Shown here: in pieces, positions 37,404 through 46,686 of the stretch | Numbering within the stretch: the first letter of the stretch is position 1 | Layout of the letters: each line of letters starts with the position of its first letter | Assembly: GCA_964585915.1 (NCBI GenBank) | Contig: CAZPFU010000001.1 | Coordinates: 31,420 to 95,419, forward strand | DNA: 64,000 bases | DNA from: an uncultured Methanomassiliicoccus sp. | Lineage (GTDB): Archaea; Thermoplasmatota; Thermoplasmata; Methanomassiliicoccales; UBA472 | Reading direction: 5' to 3' | Notes under the pieces: model-generated | Seen by the model: only the letters and a program-made list of their open reading frames with translations | The model's database searches: none | What the model was told of the DNA's origin: nothing | Translations under genes and position numbers: made by a program

Positions 37404-40241
37404 TTATTCCTCCTCGGATAATTTTGTCTGCCCCTTTGGTAGAACTGAAACCTCTTTTAACAATTTTTGCATCTCTGGCCAACTCTGAACCAACGAATTA
37501 TAGATGAGGGCCTCCTTTGCACGTTTCTTTCGTTCACAAATTGTGAAAAGCCTATAAGCCAGTTCACGTGCAGCATCTGCTTTATTGCCCAACTTCTTTT
37601 TCAATTTTGCTGCATCCTGTTCTCCTCCATTCTGAAGAACCCGGATAAGTTGGTGCGTAATTTCCCAAACAGTGAGTTTTTCTTGATCATCGGGATTCCA
37701 CTCTGGAGATAACTCTTCTGGCTTGAAGAGCCTTACTTTACCATTTTTTGAGAACAGAATACCATCCGACATCATTCCTAAAACGCTTGTATTTTTAGCC
37801 TTTGATAGAGTTTCTGCGACCCCATACTCCCCAAGATTGAAACCAAATTGTTCGAACCATGCTAATGCCCAACGACTTTCGGCATCAAAATCCCCTTCTT
37901 GTTGAGTAAGAACTTCATCAAGCATTTGGTTGATCAATGACAAAGCTTCCCTTACTGTAACAGCCTCTCCCTTTGCGTCGATTATTTTAGAGTAGCGGGA
38001 AAAAATACCCATTCCTGGACCTATCGCAGCTTGCGCCAAATCCACTGGTGCAATATTGCTTTTCTGTAGTTGAATGAATGCCGGAGGTAATTCTGTTTTC
38101 ATGGTATTGAGAAATTCTCGCCTTGTTATCACAGGGGCATTCTTCTCCCTGGTCCGACAGACCAGAACGATGCTTGAGGCCAATGCATTGGTGTTCTTTG
38201 CCACCATCCTCCCGGCACCCTCCGTTCGAATAGGCCAAGTTCCACAAATTGTGAAACCGGCTTTCATAACAGCCTCGATAAACGTCTCCCAACCAGTCGA
38301 AACAGTTCCTTCATCATCGTCGGTTTCAGATTGCTTGAAGGCGTAATATATAGTAACCGGATATTCTGGGTGTGCATGGTCTGCTAGCCTTTCCATGGTC
38401 ATAGTCATGCCATCGAGGAAAAATTTTTCTGCCGACTCCCTATCCTTATGACGAAATGGAGTAGCCACGAGTTCTTCGGTTTTTGGAACAGCCATAGTGG
38501 AGAATAATTCTGGATAGATAGATTTTAATGAACGTCTTAACCACACGTAAAAAAAGTCTGAAAGGTCTGCATATCCGATGTTGTCATAATATGGAGGGTC
38601 GGTGCTGAAAAGGATTTTTTTATCCAACCTTTCTATGACTCTCGCATCTTGTTGAAATACGTTGGCACTTTGACATCCTTCTGCAACTTCCAAATAATTA
38701 GTAATTACTTTTGCACATGTTGATACATCTCCACTTGACTTTCCGAAGGGGTTACACTCTGCAAAATCCCACGTCATAGCCAGTGCTTGTCTCGGCATTC
38801 CATCTCTTAGAGCATTGTCCTTTGTAAGCCAGGTGGTTAGACTGGAACCGTAATATGCCATCCGATCGGTTATACATGCTAAATAAATGGCTATGGAATC
38901 GGCATATGCGGTGGCACTTACTCCCCCTTTATCAAGTCCTCGACCGTCATCGGTCAAACCTGCTTCGACAGCATCAAATAGAGCCTGATTTCTAACTTCC
39001 GTAATCAAATCTGTAAAAGTAATAAGGGATAAAAGTTGACGCTGAGTAAAAAGATCCTGCCACTTCGTCATACCATATTCCTGAACACGGAAACCCAATG
39101 CTTTTTTGGGAAGGTCTGTTTCTGGGGCATTACTCGGGTGCACATTTCGAGCAATATTTTCAATATCCATTGTCGGTGATAAATATACTCTCCCCCGTTT
39201 ACCCTCCGCAACGATAGCCATAAGACTCTGACCCATACGGCCCTCTTTTGCTTCTCTTCTAATATATTCAAATGATATTGGGGTCCCAGACATCAGACAC
39301 AAGAAGCTGCTACCACTGCTGCCGGCCTTAGTACCCATCTGAGTCTTCTGCAACTCATTTGGTTTTCCAACTCTTACCTCGAAGTGATAACCATCGTCAT
39401 GGATTATCGGTTGAATATAGACTTCTCTTCCATTCTTACTTGAAAGCATAAATGTCGTCGTTAGCGGTACATCCACATTCGCATAGGCTGGGTTGGGACT
39501 TTTCACTGTTCTTGCCCAAATCCATGCAATCACAGTAAGTTCCTGTCCGATATATTCGCTTAGTTCTGGCTGATTTTTTACCAAATTTTCATCAACTTTG
39601 ATATTTGGATAAAAATGGCCAATCCGTTTCTTAGCCATCTCACGAATTAGTTGACTATAATACTGTACGTCAACCGCAAGACCCTGAGTATTATACCAAC
39701 CACCTGACACAAGTCCGCTTTGCTTTCTTGACTCAGGATTAACCGGTGCTAGCCCTGAGAATTTAGGGGGAATCTCAATCAGAGCCTTGTTGATCAGTAC
39801 AGCTACTGGATTAATATCTGATGAAAGGGTTTTCAGACCTAAACGTTGGGCTTCTAAGGGAATAGAGCCCCCTCCGCAAAATGGATCATATAATAATGGG
39901 AGTTCTCCATTTGTGGATTTAATTATCTCCTTATGAACCTGCCCTAAAAAGGATTTATCATTTGAATTTTCCCATTTTATTAAATCTTCGATTAAATTTA
40001 ATAACCTCTCTCTTTCTGCATTTTGGTCTTTCTCAGTTGGAAATTTATCTGGCCTACTGGATGGGTCGTCTATTAAGGACGCAAAAAGGACAGCGCGGCA
40101 TGCTGCCAATGGTCTTTGCGCCCACCATTTATGGAACGACGTCGGAAAACCCTTAGGTGCCTTTTGTTTACGGCGTAATGATTCCTCATTTATTGCATTA
40201 AGTGGTAAGGCAACCTCTATAAGTTTCTTGCTCATAAACAT
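37404..40241 (-). CDS. DUF1156-family DNA methyltransferase (N6-A/N4-C type, DPPY)
   Basis: N-terminus KKLIEVALPLNAINEES...FHKWWAQRPLAACRAVLFASL is the DUF1156 signature. SAM motif YDPFCGGGSIPLEA. Catalytic motif STDPPYYDNIGYADLSDFFYVWL. Confidence 0.85.
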   Translation of the reverse strand: MFMSKKLIEVALPLNAINEESLRRKQKAPKGFPTSFHKWWAQRPLAACRAVLFASLIDDPSSRPDKFPTEKDQNAERERLLNLIEDLIKWENSNDKSFLGQVHKEIIKSTNGELPLLYDPFCGGGSIPLEAQRLGLKTLSSDINPVAVLINKALIEIPPKFSGLAPVNPESRKQSGLVSGGWYNTQGLAVDVQYYSQLIREMAKKRIGHFYPNIKVDENLVKNQPELSEYIGQELTVIAWIWARTVKSPNPAYANVDVPLTTTFMLSSKNGREVYIQPIIHDDGYHFEVRVGKPNELQKTQMGTKAGSSGSSFLCLMSGTPISFEYIRREAKEGRMGQSLMAIVAEGKRGRVYLSPTMDIENIARNVHPSNAPETDLPKKALGFRVQEYGMTKWQDLFTQRQLLSLITFTDLITEVRNQALFDAVEAGLTDDGRGLDKGGVSATAYADSIAIYLACITDRMAYYGSSLTTWLTKDNALRDGMPRQALAMTWDFAECNPFGKSSGDVSTCAKVITNYLEVAEGCQSANVFQQDARVIERLDKKILFSTDPPYYDNIGYADLSDFFYVWLRRSLKSIYPELFSTMAVPKTEELVATPFRHKDRESAEKFFLDGMTMTMERLADHAHPEYPVTIYYAFKQSETDDDEGTVSTGWETFIEAVMKAGFTICGTWPIRTEGAGRMVAKNTNALASSIVLVCRTREKNAPVITRREFLNTMKTELPPAFIQLQKSNIAPVDLAQAAIGPGMGIFSRYSKIIDAKGEAVTVREALSLINQMLDEVLTQQEGDFDAESRWALAWFEQFGFNLGEYGVAETLSKAKNTSVLGMMSDGILFSKNGKVRLFKPEELSPEWNPDDQEKLTVWEITHQLIRVLQNGGEQDAAKLKKKLGNKADAARELAYRLFTICERKKRAKEALIYNSLVQSWPEMQKLLKEVSVLPKGQTKLSEEE

Positions 40242-40314
40242 TCATTCCCCAGTACTTTAATGAAATCTTGAAATTGCTTATACACCAGATACACGAACGA
40301 TGGCAGCAATTTTG

Positions 40315-43300
40315 TCATCGCGGCACCTCCGCTCGTTGAATCAATTCAGCAAAATTGTAATTAACACTCGTAACCCCAAAGTCGGGCTCGCGCTGGAATG
40401 GTCTGCGGACGTAGTGGATTTTATATGAATCGTCTGGCATAAACTCTACAATTGCCAGAATGAAATCGTCGGGTTTGTTGAATGAATAAAGAATCTCGTT
40501 CTTTGTCACCGTTATTGTTTCAGCACCAGAGATTCGCCCTTTAACTTCTATGAAACGTAATTTTCCTGTACCTGGAATCCGACTTTCTACATCGTAACCC
40601 AACTTTTCAAGCTCACGGTCTATTGGATCGTATCCTAGGGTCCTTTCCACTTCCATTACTGCAGCCCTAGCCTTAGCAGCTGAAATTTGGGTGTCTATGG
40701 CCTGTGACGAACTTAGAGCTGATTTTCCAGCCATCTTGGCCAAGAGCCCGGCTGGGATGACCAACAGACCACCGAGGACCACTGGAGGCAATGCGGATAT
40801 CTGTCTTTCCAATTTCAATTCTGTCAAGCGTTTTTCCAGTCGTCCTTGTAAACCATCAGCCCGTTTACGGGCCTCCATCGAATTCAGGCGGGCATTGACC
40901 TTGCCTGCTTGCTCCTGAAGTTTGAGATCCTCTGCACGATGGTCCCAGTAAGCGATCTCCTTGGTCAATCTGTCCTTGACCGCCGCTTCTGTCTTGTCAA
41001 TGAGCTCCAACTTACCCGAACTGACCTCTTGCATATGCTCTGGAATTACATGCGCCACTGCATAGTCCAATACTTTTTGTTCCAATTCTCGTGTGATCCA
41101 TGCACATTCGGGGAGAGCAAGTAATGCATCCATTTTTGGTTCGTTTTCTCCAAGTGGCCGGTAGTCAAGATAAGGAGCATAATGCAAGTGTCGCGTGTTA
41201 TTCGATTCATCCATTTCTACATACAGCATCCTCTTGGAGATGAGGCGCCGTTCACCTGATTTAGTAACATTAGCATCTTGAATACCATGTTCCAGATAGA
41301 AAAGGATCCGTGGCTTGGTTCCGGGATCTCGCTCATCGACCAAGACAGTTCCCCGTCTCAGTAGGTCTTGATGACGCTCCGTGATCAGGTCGGTAACGGC
41401 TTCAAGCAAGGGATGGCCTGGACATATGAAGGCGGCCAATGGCTGGCCTTGGGGTGCTACCTGCGATTTGTCGAACGCGATTCGTTCATATCGAGATAAA
41501 ACTGGCTCCCCCGTGCCTATGAGCCGGTCCCGATTGCGTATGATGGATGGCACATGGGTGATCTCATAACGCCGAGGCTCACGCTGTTTCATCGTGCCGC
41601 CCAAACGCTGGAATGCTTCGGAGAAGAAAGACTCCACGTAATGTGGTTGGAGCCTTCGGGCTTCGGCACGCTCCATGTCTTCCCGAATTCTAAAGACGCG
41701 ACTTGCATCCATGGAATCGTGAGCCAGGGCTCGTTCCTCCAGAATATCCTGTAGCTTTTCCTTGTCAAATGCGTTTGCGACAACTGTCGTGAGGCGTGCC
41801 CTGACTTCGGGTGTTTCGCCGTATCGAATAGCTTCGATCAATAGGTCCCGAAGAGGTTTTCCTTCAAACTGAAGTCGACCTAAAACATCGAACACTCTGC
41901 CGCCCATTGCCAACCTTGCTTGTTCCAATTTTTCAAGCAATGTAAGATAGACGTCACCTTCCCTGGTCTCCTCGGCTACCAGATTCCAGAGATGGCAGAC
42001 TTCGGTCTGGCCAATACGATGAATTCGTCCAAAACGTTGTTCTATGCGATTCGGGTTCCAAGGCAGGTCATAGTTGACCATGAGATGAGCCCTCTGCAAA
42101 TTGATGCCTTCTCCGGCCGCATCAGTCGCGAGCAATACCTGTACCTCAGGATCGTGCTTGAATGCCTCCTGAGCCTTCATCCGTTCCTCGCGCCCCATGC
42201 TGCCGTGGATCAGTACAACGGACTCCTTCCGGCCTAAAAAAGTAGTAATTTTAGCATCCAGATAATTCAATGTATCGCGATGCTCTGTAAAAATCACGAT
42301 TTTCTGATGGGGGGAGGATACCGGTTTGGGAATCGTTCTAGGCATTTCGAGCTTATCCTTTGATATATCGCCATTCATCGCCGTCACTGGAGAGAATATC
42401 TCACCTAACAAACTCGCAAGTTCGCACCATTTTCTATCCTCCCCTGAATGACGAACAACGCCAGCTAACTTAACCAGGTGATCGAGGGTTTCGATCTCCG
42501 CATTTAGCTCGCTGATGGTACGAGATGCGGTGCTCTGATCCAGAATTTCCTCTTCAGCGATCTCGACCTCGTTGTCTGGTGCTTCATCCAGATCTTCTAC
42601 GTCTTCAGCATCTAATGGTTTGAATCCGAGATCTTGTGAGATCTGCCCCCCACGTTGTAACAGTTCCAGTTCTCTCAATTTACCCTCTAAACGCTGTTTG
42701 CGGCGTTGAAGGGACTGATAAATGGCTTCTGGCGAAGAGGCCAGGCGGCGTTGCAATATAGTTAATGCGAAACCTACCGTTCCAGCCCTTTTATCGTTCT
42801 GGAGCTTTTCGGCTCGATTGAACTCCTCGCGAACATATTTCGTTACTTCATAATAGAGCTGGGCTTCGGTTGAAGATAATTTATAAGGTACTGTGTACGC
42901 GATCCGCTCGGGGAATAATGCGGTGCCATCGAATTTGTAGAGATTCTCTTTGACCATCCGACGCATCATGTCAGAAACATCGGCTGCGTGAACCCCATCC
43001 CGGAATCGTCCTTCGAATCGATCCCCATCCAACAACGCCATGAACAGTTGAAAATCCTCTTCCTTGCCATTATGTGGCGTAGCGGTCATCAACAGAAAAT
43101 GGCGTGTCAATGTAGAGAGTAACTGACCTAACTTATAACGACGCGTATACTTGATTTCTCCACCAAAGATCGTTGCTGACATCTTGTGCGCTTCATCGCA
43201 AACGATCAAGTCCCACCGACAATCGGGCACTTTCAGCTTCTCTTGGACATCCTCATTACGCGAAAGTTTATCCAATCGAGCAATGACCAGATTGTTTTCC

Positions 43301-43890
43301 ATGAACCAATTGCCAGTGCGGGCGGCTTCTAATTTGTCGTTGGTCAGGATCTCGAATGGAAGATGGAACCGACGATATAGCTCGTCCTGCCATTGTTCCG
43401 CGAGGCTTCCTGGACATACCACCAGACATCTGTGCAGGTCGCCTCGTGCGATCAACTCCTTCATCAGAAGTCCCGCCATGATGGTCTTTCCCGCCCCTGG
43501 ATCGTCGGCCAACAGGAATCGAAGAGGCTGACGTGGCAGCATGGCATCGTAAACAGCGGTTATTTGATGAGGAAGGGGCTCGACAATGGAAGTGTGGACC
43601 GCGAGAACGGGATCGAACAAGTAAGCGAGATGGATACGGTTGGCTTCGGACACGAGTCGGAAAAGGTCTCCATCTCCATCGAAACTCCATGGACGACCTT
43701 CTTCTACAACTTCAATTCTTTTCTCATCGTGCCGATATAGAAGCTCACTTGCAGGTTTTCCATCTGGTGCCTTATAGGTAAGCTCTAAAGCTTCTGACCC
43801 AAACCAGCGGACATTAACGACTGTCACTAAACCATTGGGGAGAATACCACGGATTGATGCGTTTGGACGAAGATCCTCAAGTTTGCTCAT
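40315..43890 (-). CDS. SF2 (SNF2/DEAH-type) helicase with a C-terminal DUF3883/REase-like domain
   Basis: Motif I LLADDPGAGKT, motif II VCDEAHKM, motif III MTATPHNGK, motif VI QRFGRIHRIGQ. C-terminus GYDVESRIPGTGKLRFIEVKGR...TKNEILYS (D...E-x-K). Confidence 0.85.
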   Translation of the reverse strand: MSKLEDLRPNASIRGILPNGLVTVVNVRWFGSEALELTYKAPDGKPASELLYRHDEKRIEVVEEGRPWSFDGDGDLFRLVSEANRIHLAYLFDPVLAVHTSIVEPLPHQITAVYDAMLPRQPLRFLLADDPGAGKTIMAGLLMKELIARGDLHRCLVVCPGSLAEQWQDELYRRFHLPFEILTNDKLEAARTGNWFMENNLVIARLDKLSRNEDVQEKLKVPDCRWDLIVCDEAHKMSATIFGGEIKYTRRYKLGQLLSTLTRHFLLMTATPHNGKEEDFQLFMALLDGDRFEGRFRDGVHAADVSDMMRRMVKENLYKFDGTALFPERIAYTVPYKLSSTEAQLYYEVTKYVREEFNRAEKLQNDKRAGTVGFALTILQRRLASSPEAIYQSLQRRKQRLEGKLRELELLQRGGQISQDLGFKPLDAEDVEDLDEAPDNEVEIAEEEILDQSTASRTISELNAEIETLDHLVKLAGVVRHSGEDRKWCELASLLGEIFSPVTAMNGDISKDKLEMPRTIPKPVSSPHQKIVIFTEHRDTLNYLDAKITTFLGRKESVVLIHGSMGREERMKAQEAFKHDPEVQVLLATDAAGEGINLQRAHLMVNYDLPWNPNRIEQRFGRIHRIGQTEVCHLWNLVAEETREGDVYLTLLEKLEQARLAMGGRVFDVLGRLQFEGKPLRDLLIEAIRYGETPEVRARLTTVVANAFDKEKLQDILEERALAHDSMDASRVFRIREDMERAEARRLQPHYVESFFSEAFQRLGGTMKQREPRRYEITHVPSIIRNRDRLIGTGEPVLSRYERIAFDKSQVAPQGQPLAAFICPGHPLLEAVTDLITERHQDLLRRGTVLVDERDPGTKPRILFYLEHGIQDANVTKSGERRLISKRMLYVEMDESNNTRHLHYAPYLDYRPLGENEPKMDALLALPECAWITRELEQKVLDYAVAHVIPEHMQEVSSGKLELIDKTEAAVKDRLTKEIAYWDHRAEDLKLQEQAGKVNARLNSMEARKRADGLQGRLEKRLTELKLERQISALPPVVLGGLLVIPAGLLAKMAGKSALSSSQAIDTQISAAKARAAVMEVERTLGYDPIDRELEKLGYDVESRIPGTGKLRFIEVKGRISGAETITVTKNEILYSFNKPDDFILAIVEFMPDDSYKIHYVRRPFQREPDFGVTSVNYNFAELIQRAEVPR

Positions 43891-44037
43891 GGTCGCGCAT
43901 TTTCGGAAAGGTCTATTCAGGCCAATAAGCTATCGATGGTTTTCTCAATTCATCCATTAACTGAGCATCGATTTCAATTTCCGAATTTGCGATTCAGAAG
44001 ATTCTGTTTATAGACCAACCTATCTACCAACGAACTA

Positions 44038-44069
44038 TTGAATGGGTTTTGATATTTATCGACTGACGC
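44038..44069 (-). promoter_or_regulatory. Shared upstream element, copy 1 (upstream of the helicase gene)
   Basis: Plus strand TTGAATGGGTTTTGATATTTATCGACTGACGC. Compare copy 2: TTGAATGGGGTTTTGGGTATATATATATGGACTGATGC. It contains a TATA-like A/T stretch. Confidence 0.35.
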
Positions 44070-44168
44070 ACGATTCCCAAAATAGAAGCGATTTGAATTC
44101 TATTAGAGATTCCAAGCGTATGAGTGGAGGGCGATCTACCGTAGCTAAAACATGATGGCCACGCAATC

Positions 44169-44960
44169 TTACTCAATCGGCAAAGGGTCAATCATATCAA
44201 TATTAAAAAGCGACACGTCCAGGCTCTCCAATATCTTGATCCCTTCTGGCGAATCGGGATCAAAACCCAGGTTTTTGAGCAGCCCCTGCTCATCGAGATA
44301 ATCGAAATAAATCTCCAGAGCTTGGAACATGTACATTTCTCCGAGAATCCCCTTATCAGTCCTTAGAGGGAATCTAATTCCAAATCCATCAGGTGATGCG
44401 ATAACGATCCACATTCCTGACCATCGTTTCTGGAGGCCGAAAACCGACTGTTCTTTGACGACATCCCCGAGGCGAGTCTTTCCACGAAAGATGTCTTTAG
44501 CCATTTGAATGGCATGAGTCAGAAAACCCTCAAGTTCGAAATTCATTGTTTTTTTATCATAAGAACCTGGTTTGTTGAAGTAGGCTAATAGTTCCGGATT
44601 AAGGACGGCGATCTTCTGACGAGGATTCCATTTGTAGGCGCTCTTGTCAAAAGCTTGTTCTAATCTCTTCATCATTTCTTCTTGAGGACATGTCTTCTGC
44701 CAGATGATTTCTCCATTGTCCTTGATGTGACAATCAATCTCCCCTGCCAGATTGACACAATATGTTAGTTTCACATTCCTCTCTAAAGATTGGACCCCCA
44801 TTGTAAATCCGGACACAGTAGGAGAGAAATACATTGAGACGATGGGTATATCCGCCAGCGTCAAATGCATTTTAGAACGTTTACTGTCCGTCATATTTAG
44901 TTGTTGACCTAATTCTTCTAAGATTCTTACAGAGAACTGAACTCGAAAGTCTATGTCCAA
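44169..44960 (-). CDS. Hypothetical protein
   Basis: 263-aa ORF (TTG start; internal ATGs are possible starts), co-oriented and immediately upstream of the helicase gene. No family recognised. Confidence 0.5.
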   Translation of the reverse strand: MDIDFRVQFSVRILEELGQQLNMTDSKRSKMHLTLADIPIVSMYFSPTVSGFTMGVQSLERNVKLTYCVNLAGEIDCHIKDNGEIIWQKTCPQEEMMKRLEQAFDKSAYKWNPRQKIAVLNPELLAYFNKPGSYDKKTMNFELEGFLTHAIQMAKDIFRGKTRLGDVVKEQSVFGLQKRWSGMWIVIASPDGFGIRFPLRTDKGILGEMYMFQALEIYFDYLDEQGLLKNLGFDPDSPEGIKILESLDVSLFNIDMIDPLPIE

Positions 44961-45023
44961 TAATTTACCTGGTTTATACCTCAGTTATTTGCTGAGAATC
45001 GATTAGTATACCCACACTGTCGT

Positions 45024-45061
45024 TTGAATGGGGTTTTGGGTATATATATATGGACTGATGC
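45024..45061 (-). promoter_or_regulatory. Shared upstream element, copy 2 (upstream of the 263-aa gene)
   Basis: See copy 1. It includes TATATATATAT. Confidence 0.35.
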
Positions 45062-45272
45062 TGGGTTTCGTAAAATGAAATATATTGAGATATGAAGAAA
45101 ACGACCATTTCTCATCCGGATTTGATTATCGTGAGTTAATATGTCCTCGGAGAGTTTTCGCTTCAGGCCTCTGAATAAGTCACCCCATTCACCGATTCAA
45201 TGAAAAGTTTAAAAATTAATTCTATTATTTATTAATTGGCGTATCTTTATAAAATTCTATATATAGATTTTA

Positions 45273-46538
45273 TTATTCTCCCAGCGCCCGTTTCATTAAT
45301 TCCAACTCAGCATCGATCTCGTCAACTCGAGATCTGAATTTTTTAACCCATTCATCTGACATTTGAAGTTCTATCATCATTTTTTGGATTCGATCATCGT
45401 CCTTGGCGTCCTTATCTCTCTTTACTAAATTTTGATGTTCCAGGATATGTTTTTCAACAAATGCTGATAAATCACATTTTGATTTAGGGATGATAATTAT
45501 ATTATTTGGTAGTTTGAAATAATCTGGATGTTCCTTTATTTCGTTAGTAACGATGAGAACATTGCGTGGGAATCTTCCAACGAGAAGGTCGATACTCGAG
45601 GTGATGGAGCAACCATCCATCATCGTACATAGTGTCTTAATCCCATTTTTAGCGAAGATATATGCGCCCTTGCTTGACCAATCAAATGCAACACCATCAT
45701 AAGGTCCGTTGACCCAGAATTGCATACCATTGTGATTCATTCTTCCACCGAACACATGGTTAAGCGCGGCGGGTGCAGAATCAACGGCCCCTGGGTTGGT
45801 GAAGCAATTTAAAAGTGCTTGAATATCAGCGTGTTTAAGAAATAGAAAAAGTCTGTGCGAAGCATTCTGTTTCAATTCGACGTGTATCTGACATAGAACC
45901 TTTCGAGTATCAGCGTTTCCTAATAGATATGCGAAAGTGCTTGCCATTCCTTCGCTGATCCAACTATCGGCAATACCCTCGAAATCGACGGAAGTCAGTT
46001 GTTTCACCTTCGATAAGGGTTGATTGGCCAATAAGTAATGATGTCCTAGTTCGTGCAATAGAATCGCATGAAAAGTCAATTGCAAGGAATTTTTATTGTT
46101 TATATCGAACAGATCCCGCTTAATCCTCTTTGATAGTTCTTCAATTCTACTGGTGCATAGATAGATGTGCGTCCGATATTCATTAGTAGATATGGCCTGC
46201 GGGATCCAAAAACCAAAACTGGTGTCAATGATTGCCTTATTCTGTTTTTTATAAAATTCAATGACCGCATCAGAATTTGACCAATTTACAGATCCATAAT
46301 CAATCAATTCTGGCTCGTATGCCATCACATTCAATTTTTTTAATCTCTTACGTTCTTCGTCATATTCAACTTGATCCAACAGATGAACGGTAGAAACCGG
46401 TTTAGCAATCGAATATTTGAAAAGGGTTCGCTGGCCATCACCATAGGCGATGTCTGGACCTAGATTATCGAGCAATTTCGCTATCCATTTTTCATATATT
46501 TCTGGGATATTATTATTTCTGATAATTTCAGGTCTCAT
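45273..46538 (-). CDS. Hypothetical protein with an HExxH zinc-metallopeptidase-like motif
   Basis: 421 aa with AILLHELGHHYL (HELGH) and a C-terminal coiled-coil tail. No further family recognised. Confidence 0.5.
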   Translation of the reverse strand: MRPEIIRNNNIPEIYEKWIAKLLDNLGPDIAYGDGQRTLFKYSIAKPVSTVHLLDQVEYDEERKRLKKLNVMAYEPELIDYGSVNWSNSDAVIEFYKKQNKAIIDTSFGFWIPQAISTNEYRTHIYLCTSRIEELSKRIKRDLFDINNKNSLQLTFHAILLHELGHHYLLANQPLSKVKQLTSVDFEGIADSWISEGMASTFAYLLGNADTRKVLCQIHVELKQNASHRLFLFLKHADIQALLNCFTNPGAVDSAPAALNHVFGGRMNHNGMQFWVNGPYDGVAFDWSSKGAYIFAKNGIKTLCTMMDGCSITSSIDLLVGRFPRNVLIVTNEIKEHPDYFKLPNNIIIIPKSKCDLSAFVEKHILEHQNLVKRDKDAKDDDRIQKMMIELQMSDEWVKKFRSRVDEIDAELELMKRALGE

Positions 46539-46649
46539 CAGTTGCTTCCCAAATCAAATTGATTTTTTGGTTAGATTTCTTTCGTAAAACGGTTTCTCAA
46601 TGTATGTAATTGATGTCTAATCTCTGATTAATTAACGTAATTCTCTAAA

Positions 46650-46674
46650 GGAAATGGAATCCTATTCCATTTCT
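46650..46674 (-). terminator. Hairpin downstream of the protease gene
   Basis: GGAAATGGAAT-CCT-ATTCCATTTC inverted repeat, 13 nt beyond the stop at 46687. No clear oligo-T tract follows. Confidence 0.25.
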
Positions 46675-46686
46675 CCAAGGGTCAAG

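Noticed and set aside
33907-43890. Classifying the helicase-methylase-ATPase operon as BREX, DISARM or type I/III R-M
   Set aside because: No PglZ, BrxL, BrxA, DrmB (DUF1998), PLD-type DrmC, HsdS or Res-type subunits are present in or next to the operon. The DUF1156 + DUF499 signatures point to the separate Hma-type architecture.
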